The position numbers and the translations under genes are program-made. The notes below the pieces were generated by a model that saw only the letters and a list, made by a program, of their open reading frames with translations, had not been told where the DNA came from and did no database searches. Shown piece after piece: positions 21,070-31,000 of a stretch of DNA of 64,000 nt (position 1 is the stretch's first letter; each line of letters opens with the position of its first letter). The DNA comes from an uncultured Planctomycetota bacterium (GTDB taxonomy: Bacteria; Planctomycetota; Planctomycetia; Isosphaerales; Isosphaeraceae), in contig CAWGMQ010000007.1 in the NCBI GenBank assembly GCA_963823665.1, positions 768,001 through 832,000 of the forward strand, in the 5' to 3' direction.

Positions 21070-23343
21070 TCACTCATGCGTCACATGCGACCCGCCCGTG
21101 CGCTTCCCGTCGACATGCGCAGGATTTCCCTTATACGTCAAATGCGAGACCGACGAGACGTCGTATTCAAGCGACTCGCTCACGGCGACTTTCGCGTGCG
21201 ATGCGCCCGAAACGGTGATGTTCATCGTTTCGGTTTTGACCCCGTCGAGTTGAAGATGACTCGCACCGGACACCGAGACCTTGGCACGTTTGGCACTTCC
21301 GTCCAGATTCACGTGGCAGGCTCCCTCCGACTTCAGCGCCAGCTCGCTGGTTTCCAGCTTGCCGCGAAGCTTGCTCGCACCGGACATCGTGGCTGCAAAC
21401 GGAGACGTTGACCTTACGACGATATCCGCTGTCGAGGCTCCACTCAGATCGAGCTTGCCTTGCTTGAGAGGGAACTCGCTCAGCAGGAGGTGGCTCGCGC
21501 CGCTGGCCGTTACTTCGGCCTCTTGCGCTCCGCCCGTCAAGGTCAACGAGCTGGCGCCGCTTGTGTCGATCTTCGCTTTCACCGAGCTCAGCGCCCCGTC
21601 TAGCTTGGTCGCGCCCGAGAGATGAACCACCACGTCTTTCTCGGAATCGAATCCTTCAAGATGACCCTTGGCAGCTCCGGACAATTCAATTCGCGCGAGT
21701 GCAGGCAGCACGATCTCCGCCTCGGGCGATTTCTCGAGTTTGTAGCTCTGGTCTTTCTTCAGGCCGATCTTCAGCAAGTCTCCGTCTTTTTCCACTTCGA
21801 CATAGGGCAGGACGTTATCGTCGGCAGTCGTGGTGACTTTGAATGCCTTTCCCTTGGAGATCTTTGCGTGGAAGGTTGAGCCGATCTGCAACCGGTTGAA
21901 ACCCGTGATATCCCAGGTCTTGGTGGCCATCTTGCCCGAGCCTACGATGGTTTTCGAATCTGATGACTCATTGATCGTGACCCGCGCCTGGCCCGTACCC
22001 TGTCCTGCTCCGGCGCCCTGGCCATCGCCGAGGGCGGCGGGGAATATCGTCCGGATCGGCGTGAAGACCCCGGTCTTTCGCTCATAGGCAGCCGCGGCCA
22101 GCACACATGCCGAGATCGAGAGCACGGCGATCGCCATACGCCGGCGGGTGCGGCCGGCAGTCACCTTTGCCGTTTTTCTTGGCGCGGGTGCCATGCCCGC
22201 CAGTCCGCGCTGAACCGCCGCCAGGTTTTGTTCGAGCACCAGTGCAACCTCTCGGGCCGATCCGAAACGTGCCGCTGGGTCCTTGGCGTGCAGGCGCTCG
22301 ATGATCTCAGCCAGCCACACCGGCACATCGGGGTTGCTCTCGCGTACGGAGCGCGGCTCTTCGTCCGACACTCGCCGCAGGACGGCCGGCGTCGAGCTGG
22401 CTCGAAACGGGGCGTGACCCGTGCACATGAAGTAGATCACGCTGCCCAGGCTGAAGAGGTCCGATCGATGATCGACGGCCTCGCCGCGGGCTTGCTCGGG
22501 CGACATGTACTGAGGTGTTCCGGCGACGACGCCGCTCTGCGTGAGACTCGCGTCGTCAACCGCGCGTGCGAGTCCGAAATCGGTCAGCTTGACTCGCTCC
22601 ACGCCGTTTTCGAGCAGGATGTTCGAAGGCTTGACGTCGCGATGAACCAGTCCCTGCGCATGCGCCGAGGCCAGGCCCTGAGCCGTTTGGATGCCGACGC
22701 GCAGGATCGCCTTCAAATCCATCGGCCCGCCTCGATCGACCCGCTCTTGTAGCGATTGACCGGCGATATACGGCATGACGAGATAGGGCAAGTTCTTCCA
22801 AGAATCCACCGCGTGAATCGCCACGACGTTTTCGTGCACGACCGCGGCGGCCGCTCGCGCTTCGCGGGCGAAACGGCCTCGCGCAGCGGCACTGGTGGCA
22901 AGCTGTGGAGCCAGCACCTTGATCGCCACCGCGCGGCCGAGTGCCGCGTCAAACGCCTTGAGCACCACGCCGAAGCCGCCGTGGCCGAGAACCTCCGACA
23001 CCTCGTAGGCACCCAGCCGCCCCAGCGACCCGGGCTCGTCCGAAGTCGAGAGGAAGCCGAGGAGATCGTGCCCAGCGGGCCGCTCCGACCTTTCTGCCGA
23101 TTCGTACACTGCCGTTCCAGGCGCTGAGCAGCCGGGGCCGGCTTGATTGCCGAGCCGCGGAGTGAGCTGTCGCAGATCGGCCCAGAGCTCGCTTCCGGCG
23201 GCGAGCCGTTCCAGCATCCGCTGACAGTCCGAACACGATTCGAGGTGATCGCTGAACCGGGCTTGCTCGTGATCGGGAAGGTCGTCGTCAAGGAAAGACT
23301 TGAGACGTCCCGCATCACAACACTGGGATGTTCGTGCAACCAT
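21070..23343 (-). CDS. Membrane Ser/Thr kinase: zinc-finger-like N-terminus, kinase, TM, C-terminal GIN (DUF2807) beta-solenoid
   Basis: HLESCSDCQ; LGHGGFGVV, HRDVKPSN, DFGLAR, GTPQYMSPE; TM MAIAVLSISACVLAAAAY; GIN motifs (TADDNVLPYVEV, repeated LSGAS, HLTYKGNP). Confidence 0.9.
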   Translation of the reverse strand: MVARTSQCCDAGRLKSFLDDDLPDHEQARFSDHLESCSDCQRMLERLAAGSELWADLRQLTPRLGNQAGPGCSAPGTAVYESAERSERPAGHDLLGFLSTSDEPGSLGRLGAYEVSEVLGHGGFGVVLKAFDAALGRAVAIKVLAPQLATSAAARGRFAREARAAAAVVHENVVAIHAVDSWKNLPYLVMPYIAGQSLQERVDRGGPMDLKAILRVGIQTAQGLASAHAQGLVHRDVKPSNILLENGVERVKLTDFGLARAVDDASLTQSGVVAGTPQYMSPEQARGEAVDHRSDLFSLGSVIYFMCTGHAPFRASSTPAVLRRVSDEEPRSVRESNPDVPVWLAEIIERLHAKDPAARFGSAREVALVLEQNLAAVQRGLAGMAPAPRKTAKVTAGRTRRRMAIAVLSISACVLAAAAYERKTGVFTPIRTIFPAALGDGQGAGAGQGTGQARVTINESSDSKTIVGSGKMATKTWDITGFNRLQIGSTFHAKISKGKAFKVTTTADDNVLPYVEVEKDGDLLKIGLKKDQSYKLEKSPEAEIVLPALARIELSGAAKGHLEGFDSEKDVVVHLSGATKLDGALSSVKAKIDTSGASSLTLTGGAQEAEVTASGASHLLLSEFPLKQGKLDLSGASTADIVVRSTSPFAATMSGASKLRGKLETSELALKSEGACHVNLDGSAKRAKVSVSGASHLQLDGVKTETMNITVSGASHAKVAVSESLEYDVSSVSHLTYKGNPAHVDGKRTGGSHVTHE

Positions 23344-23347
23344 CAGA

Positions 23348-23968
23348 TCAGCTCCTGGTTTCAAAAGGTATTCCGGAGTCGTCGACTTGCTCGATCTCGC
23401 GACGAATCCGGGCAACGACCCGGCTCTTGTATTGATAAACTGTGCCCACGGTCATTCCGAGGTCCTGGGCGACGACCTTGGGCGGCGTGCCTTCCACGCT
23501 AGTCAGCCAGAACGCCTTCCACGCCGGCTCGGAGAACGACGGTCGCACACGCTCGGCCGCCCACACGAGCAGACCCCGTCGATATTCATCTTCGAAGAGC
23601 GCTGACTCTTCACAGCCAGGGTCGGGTTGCTCCTCGATCAGCTTCTGGATGTCGGTTTCGCCACTGCCTCGCGGATGCCTGCGCTGCGCGACCAGGAGGT
23701 TCACGATCAGGTTGCTCGCGATGCGGGAGAGCCACCCGCGAAACGACCCTCGGCTCCGGTCCGTATCGAATCGGTCAATCGCCCGGGCGACCGAGCGAAA
23801 GACGTCTTGAACGAGGTCCTGAGCGTCGGCTTCCTGCAGCCCTCGCCGTTTCGCAAGTCGATACGCGAGAGGACCATAGATCTCGGTGAACTCGCACCAC
23901 GCTTGCTCGTCATTGCGGTCGCGCAGGCGAACTAGCAAGCTCGGATGAGTCAAAGGTGCGTCGTTCAT
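23348..23968 (-). CDS. ECF sigma-70 factor, complete, directly upstream of the kinase
   Basis: THPSLLVRLRD..AWCEF, DAQDLVQDVF, GSFRGWLSRI, region-4 HTH VAQDLGMTVGTVYQYKSRV. Confidence 0.93.
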   Translation of the reverse strand: MNDAPLTHPSLLVRLRDRNDEQAWCEFTEIYGPLAYRLAKRRGLQEADAQDLVQDVFRSVARAIDRFDTDRSRGSFRGWLSRIASNLIVNLLVAQRRHPRGSGETDIQKLIEEQPDPGCEESALFEDEYRRGLLVWAAERVRPSFSEPAWKAFWLTSVEGTPPKVVAQDLGMTVGTVYQYKSRVVARIRREIEQVDDSGIPFETRS

Positions 23969-24035
23969 CCACTGATCTCCTCCCTCTCTATTCACAACCC
24001 GGCGGCGAAGATTTGAACGCGAACGCGAAGAATTC
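23522..24035. repeat. Direct repeat, left copy (ECF 5' three quarters plus upstream region)
   Basis: Collinear with 53012-53525 at a constant offset of 29,490 bp; about 22 mismatches in 448 coding bp by manual alignment. Confidence 0.95.
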
Positions 24036-24119
24036 TCGATTCGGCCATCTCGCCGTTCAGAAAATCCAGAGTGATGATTCGGAACGCAACGATCAGCGCG
24101 ATCGCCGCTCCGCAATTTC

Positions 24120-24141
24120 GTCGCTCAGGCTTCAGCCTGAC
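24120..24141 (+). repeat. REP-like palindrome, copy B2
   Basis: GTCGCTCAGGCTTCAGCCTGAC with a TCAGGCT/AGCCTGA stem. Confidence 0.6.
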
Positions 24142-24197
24142 ATCCCCTTCAGTCGCGTAACAGCCTGCCCAGCCTCTACCGCCAGCCCCCGAGCCCC

Positions 24198-24572
24198 TTC
24201 ACCCGCGGCCTCGACTTCGTGGGCCGGTTCGCCTTCGTCGGGCTCTCGCAGGTCCGCGAGTCGGCGATCTTCAGCGGCATCCCGGTCACCGAGCGCCTGA
24301 CCGAGCGCACCTGCGGTGTGTGGGTGATCGATACATTGACCGGCCTGACCGTCGCGTTCCTGCGATTCGAGGCTGACGCGCAGGAGATCTTCGCTGTCCA
24401 GGTCGTACCCGGGCGCCGGTTTCCGGACCTCGTGAACGACGATAGGGCGCTGCTCGCCGGCTCATTCGTCCTCCCTGGCGACGCCCTGGCCGACGTGCCG
24501 ACCCCGTTCCGCCACCCATCGCGACCAACCGGGTTGTGCGAGGGTGCTCCGCCGCCCGACTCCCGGGTCTAG
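24198..24572 (+). pseudogene. C-terminal remnant of a TIGR03032/DUF4915 family gene
   Basis: FTRGLDFVGRFAFVGLSQVRESAIFSGIP..CGVWVID..VAFLRFE..QEIFAVQV; the N-terminal part is absent. Confidence 0.75.
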
Positions 24573-24608
24573 CCATCTGGCGGCTGATTGTCTGATTGTC
24601 TTCTAATG

Positions 24609-24658
24609 CGAAAAAATTTCTTTTTTTTGTTGCGAACTGACGAAACTCGCTTTACATT
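24609..24658 (+). promoter_or_regulatory. Candidate sigma70 promoter with UP-like A/T tract for the giant gene
   Basis: TTGCGA (24630) -17 bp- TACATT (24653), preceded by AAAAAATTTCTTTTTTTT in otherwise GC-rich DNA. Confidence 0.45.
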
Positions 24659-25031
24659 GTCCGCCTTAGTAATTCTTTCAACTTTTCACTCGCTCGCTCG
24701 AGCATCCAAGAATGGAATGGGACGGGAACTCCGTCCACGACTCGATCGGTTTCTCGCGATCAGCGTCACACGCGAGTTACCAGGGGCCACGACAACTTTC
24801 ACGCGGGCTTGAAAGAAAGCCGTCGACGTGATTGGCGCGGCATTCCGCAGATAAACCGAACCTTCGATTGCTCGGATCGCCGTCCGCCCCAAGCGGGGTT
24901 GTCACGGGTTCCGAGCCTGGAGAAGGTGCGCGCCAGCGGCGCCTCAGTCGCACCGCCAAGTATTCGCACATTGTTGACGGCTACCACAGAGGAGACCCGC
25001 CATGCGTGCCAGGCCCGAAGTTAGAAAGCCG

Positions 25032-28000
25032 ATGATTCACCGGAAAGTAGTCAAGACCTTAGCTCGCCGCCACGTCGCGCGCAGAACCCGGCGCCTGCTC
25101 TTTGAGCCGCTCGAAGACCGGACCTTGCTGGCGATCACAGCGACGATTCCACCCAGTAACGCCGCCCCGGTGTGGGCGGATGAGGGACCGAGCCCGATCA
25201 TCAACGGGGGCGTCACGGGCATGCCGCTCCAGTTGAATCCGGGCGCGGGGGCGGTCGTGGCGTTTGCAGTGAAGTCCGGCCCCGTCGTCGGGACGACAGT
25301 GGCATTCGCGGCCACCGCCAGTGGCGGGGTCTGGGAAACGGACGACCTGAATGCCACGACGATGGTCGACATCAATCAGGTGAATGACACCTCGTTGCTA
25401 CCCTCGCCACCCACTGCCAGCATCACGGGGGGCCCGATGGGAGGCGGGGCGGGCGCGACATTTCCGTATACCTACGTGGTGACCTACCTCGAGGCGGGGG
25501 GGCGCGAGAGCAACGCAAGCGCGCCCATCACGCTGGAGGGCAACGCGGCCGGCATGATCCAGATCAACGTCGGGCCGTTCGGTAACGGTAATGGCCTCCT
25601 CGGCGACAACATCTATCGGGCCGTTAGAAATGCCAATGGCACGACGACCTACTATCTCGTCGGGATGATCAACACCAACGGCGGAACTTTCGTCGACAAC
25701 ACCACTGTCAACACCCCCGTCGCCATCTCGACGGCTCACGGGGTATTTATTCCCCATGCTCGGCTTGCGCCTGAGCCGTCGCCGGAGTGGCAGCCGTTGA
25801 CCGATGAATTCCCCTCGCTCTCGATGGAATCGATCGCGATTGCCGCCGACAACCCCTACATCGCCTTCGCCGGCACCGGCCAGGCGAGCGCGTCGAACAC
25901 AGGCTCCACGGGCCAGGGCGTCATCATGATGACGGTCAATCCCGCCAATGCGGCGCTCAACACAGCCACCCTGCTCGGAGCCAACACCCTGGCGGGCCTC
26001 GACATCTCGGCCATCGTCGCGCTCCCGAACCACACCATCGTGGTCGCAACCGACGACCCGGACCAGGGCGGGGTCTTCGTGAGCAGCGACTACACGATGC
26101 CGAATGTGACGTTTTTCCGGATCCCCAGCAATCTGCTGCCGGCGGGCCCAGTCACGGACCTGGCCTACATCCCCGCAGGCGCCACCACGGGGGGGGCCCT
26201 GGTCCTCGCGGCCATCGCCGGCACATCCGGCGTCACCGGTAAAATCCTGTCGAACGCTGGTATTTACGTCCACACCGCCGCCAGTCTTGGCGTGGGCTCT
26301 TGGAACGTGACGACCAGCAACGTCCCCAAAGCCGGGCCTGGCTCGGGGAATTACAACTTTGCCAATGCGACCGATATCCACTTAAGTGTCTATCAGGGCG
26401 CGGCCACCAACACGGTCTACGCCGATACCGTCGAGCAGACAAGTTCTTCGAGTTACGCGGTCACGGAGGTGTTTCGGATCAGCAATGTTTTAAATCCCGC
26501 GAACACGGCATGGAGCCCGGTACTGGCCAACAACACCGCCGGAACGACGGTGCCGCTGGCCGCCGCCATCCCCGGCGGCATCAATCCCGGCGGACAGGGT
26601 GAGTTCAATTCACCGATCACCGCCGACCCGAACAACCCCGACGGCTTCTATATCGCGGGCGACCATATCAACAACGGCGTGTCCGCCTCTGTATTCAAGG
26701 TCACGATCAACGGTGGCCTCGCAACCTGGACTCCCGTCGTCGGCCCCAATGCACCCGGTCCCGGCCCAATCTCGGCTCCCCTCGTGATGCCGGGCACCGC
26801 CAACCCCTTTCCCGCCAACGGTGGGCTGGTGGCCGGTATGACCTACCAGTATGCCTACACGCTCGTCGACTCGAACGGAGTCGAGAGCGCGCTCAGCCCC
26901 TCCACGACGACGATGCCGCTCATGGTGGGTCAAGACCAGGTCACGATCACGATTCCGCTCCCGTTGCCCGCGGGATTCGCCAACGCGCGCGGCTTCAGAG
27001 TCTACCGCAATTTCCCGAATTCACTGGCTTACTACCTGGTCGGCGGTGGCTTGTTCGGAGGCGCGCCACCGCGGCGAACAATTTCTTCCCTGACACCCTG
27101 ACCGAGGCGCAGGTGAGGATGGTAAACAATCTTTCCAGGTCGTTGGTCAACACCGCGGGGACTTCGCCGCACGCGGATGCGCGCGCGATGGCTTTCCTGC
27201 CCGGAAACAACGGCACCTTGTTCGAGTCGGACGACGGCGGGCTCTACGAGTTAAACGGCTTGGGCGTGACCAGCGGAACGTCCTACTGGCAGTCGCTCGA
27301 CGGCAACCTCGGCGATGTCGAGACCTACTCGGTCGCCTATGACCCGCTCGCCAACGTCGCGATCGCGGGCAACCAGGACAACGGCTCGATCGTCCAGACA
27401 GCGCCCGGCTCGACCACGTGGACGCAGACCAATTCGGGAGACGGCGGAACCCAGGTCGTCGACGTCGTGAATCCCAATACGAACTCACAAGCCGTCTACC
27501 AAATCGCAGTGGCCAACAATTTCGGGATGTTGGTCGGCAACACCCTGGTATCTTCCATCAATATTTCGCGGGATAATGCCAATGGCACCCTGGGGAACAC
27601 CGCCCCGGTGATGCTTGCCGCTATGCCCGGCGGCGCCGCCCTGAGCGGGCTCGCCCCCAAAGATCAGAATGCGACGGGTTTTCAGCGCGTCCAGGTCGCA
27701 GCCAATGCAGTCAACGGCCAGCTGCTCTTCGGGCTCTACGGGGTTTACACCACCACGGGCGTCGGTACCCCCGCGGGCCCCGGTGCCGTCGTTTCGCAGA
27801 CCATCAATGCGCCGACTCTGCCGTCCAACGCCGACGCGGCGGGCCAGTCTCTTTTACTCGACGGGAACGGCGTCGCGAAATCCTCGGCACTGCTCGTGAC
27901 AGCCGTGACGTACGGCGGATTCTACATCACCTCTACTGCATACCTCCCCAACCCGAACGTCATCTACGCCGCTCGGTCCAACGTCATTTACGTTCGGACC

Positions 28001-31000
28001 GGCGCGGGTGGCTCGTTCAACTACTCGGCGGCGGTCCCGCTGAATGTGACGATCACTTCGATCGTGCTCGACCCCACGAACTGGAAGGTGGCCTACGCTG
28101 CCGGCGGCTCGAGCGTCTTCGCCACCGTCGACGCCGGCAAGCACTGGGCCGACATCACCGGGCAGCTCGCGCCGTTCAATTCCAAGCTGGATGCCGTCCA
28201 GATCATCAAGCTGGCCGGTCAGGATGTGCTCTTGGTCGGCGGAGCCGACGGCGTTTTCGTGACGTACAACCCGGTCGGGACCCCGAACGCCGACAATACG
28301 TACGCGACGCTGCCCAGCAGCTCGCGGGGCCTGGTCTGGACGGCGCTGAACGCCGGGCTGCCGCACGCCCAGGTCACCCAGATCAGCTACACGACGTCGA
28401 TGAGTATCAGGGTGAATGGCAACACTCTGACCAGAGGCGACGTGCTCTTGGTCAGCACCCTCGGCCGCGGGGTCTTTCAGATCAACAAGGCGTCGACCCA
28501 GTTCAACAAGACCAACACGCTGACCATCAGCGGGCCGCAGGCCAACTCCACTGTATTGATCGCGCCGGACGCGCTCAACTCGCAATTGATCGACGTCACG
28601 CTGACCCAGCTCGGCGTCCCCATCACCCAGGATTTCCCGATCCAGTCGATCAGCGGCATCAACGCCTTTAACCTTGGCCCCGGCACGATCCTGACAGTCG
28701 ACACCGGCGTGGCGCTGCTCAACCCCGGCATCACGTTTAACGCCCAGGACGGCGCTAGTCTGGCGTTCGCGTCGCCGGGCAATGCCACGCTTCAGAAGTA
28801 CAGCACGACGGGCAACACGCGCACGCTGGTCATCAGCGGGCCGAACGGCCCGTTGACCGTCACTTACATCGCCGGCAGTCTGGCTCCGCAGAACCTGCCC
28901 AACCAACCGGTTCTCAAGGCGGTTGGCCAGGGACTCAAGAATTTGTTCGCTTCGTCGGTCGCCGGGGCGCTCGATCAGGCGGACGTCCCGGGCCTCCCGA
29001 TCTCGCTAGGCGATGTGGTCGACGGGGTCGAGAACGTCGCGGCCCTGAGCGACCCCGATGCGGACCCCGACGCGGGCGGCTCGGCCGGCGGCACGGCGGC
29101 CGACAATGGCTCGGGCGGCCCGGGGATCTTTGAAAGGCTCTTCCAGGAAGACACCGGCGGCTTCGACGTCACGACGATCGGCGGCCCGACGATTCCCGAC
29201 TATCCCACGCTCGTGCATGATTTGGTCGACCTGAGCGATACACCCAACCCCAACCTGGTCTCATACACGCTCGATTCCTCGGGCGACCCCCAGTTCAACG
29301 TCACGATCAACAAGACGTTGGACGGTACGGCCAACCTCAACCTCGAGGCCTTGGGCGGCACGATCTCGCTCACCGGCGATGTCGACATCAGCATGATGGT
29401 GCACGTTCACCTGGTCTTCGGCATCGACTCAAACGGCTTCTACGTTGACACGGCCGCCGTGGTCAACACTCTTGGGCAGACCGTGCCCATGCTCAGCGTC
29501 GACAACATCCAGCTCGACGCCGACCCAAACCTGACCGCGTCCGGCGATTTCGGGCTCTTCGACATCAGCGCCACCAACATCTCGCTGACCGTCGACCCGG
29601 CGATCGGGGCATCCGTGACGCTGCCGCCCGAGTCGCCGGACGCGCTCACCGGCGAGACAACCAACCTGCTGCGCCCGCAAGATTTCGCCGCGATGGCCGA
29701 GTACGCCACGACCACGCTCATCTCGGCGCCCGGACAAGCGATCGCGATCTCGGCCACGATCAACGTCGACAGCGGGCTGCTCAGCTCGCTGATCCCCAGC
29801 TCGCTACAGGACCTGGACTTGACATTCACCTGGAACGACGCGAGCAAACCGACCAGCGTGGCCATCTCGGGCCCCGGTTATGACAGGCTGAACACCGTGA
29901 TCACCGAGTCCGAAAAGGACATCGTCATGGGCTTGCAGCAGCTCACGGCGCTGGGAAACCAGATCGACGCCTCGTCGGTCATGGCGGTGCAAATTCCAGT
30001 GATCGACCGGTCGCTCGGCAGCTTCGTTCAGCTCGGCAACCTTTTCGGCAACAGCCTTTACCAGCCGGTGCAGACCTACTTCGCCACGCTGCCGACGTTG
30101 CCTGACGGCACCCGCGAGCTCCCAACGGTTTCCGGCTTTGTCGGGGCGCTCATCGGCGCTTCGGCGCCGAGCGGCGATCTGAGTTTGTCGCTGGCCCCGG
30201 GCCTGAGCCTCACGGTGCAAGGTGGGGCGCTCTTGCTCAACTATGACTTCACCGCCACCCGGATCGATCCCATCGCGCTCGACCTCGGCCTGGGGGGCGA
30301 GTCGCCGCTGTCATTGAGCGCCAACCTCGCGGTGGACCTCCAGACCCAGTTCACTTTCGACGCGTCGATCGGCGTCGACCTGGGCGCACTCGCGAGCGCC
30401 ATCGTGAACAACACGACCGCAAACCTGGGGAACGCCTTCTTCGTCCAGCTCGCAACCCCGCCGACGATCAGCGCGAGTCTTCTCGACTCTGGTCAGGGGC
30501 TGACTGTAGCCGCGACGATCGGCCCGCTCAACGTCACGGGCCAGGTGCTGGGCCTGCTCTCCAACCCCGCCGACCCCACGAGCGATCGTCTGCCGCTCTT
30601 GCAGGCGGCAGTGAGCATCGGCCTGGCGGCCGACAGCAACGGACGGACCACGCTCAGCACGATCATGAATCTGCTCAAGACCAACCCCTTGCAACTGATC
30701 ACCACCCCGCAGTTCTCAGGCTCACTCGGCCTCGACATTCTCATCACTCCCTCGTTGATGACAAGTCGGGGCGCGTACAGCTTTACCCCCGCCGGCCAGC
30801 CCGGGCCCGAGCTGATCATCTCAACCCCGAACATCTTCTCCGGGGAGCTGCCAACGATCGACCCCGAGAACTTCGGCACGCTGCTCAACTTCAAGAACGT
30901 CTCCGCCGCGGCCCTGCTCGTGGCGCTTCAGCAGTTCTCCTCATACCTGGGCGAGTTCGCCAGCTCCCCCGCCTTCAACACCACGATCCCGTTCACCCAG

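Noticed and set aside
24660..25031. Known riboswitch (e.g. c-di-GMP) in the giant gene leader
   Set aside because: I could not identify the conserved motifs by eye; an Rfam scan is needed.
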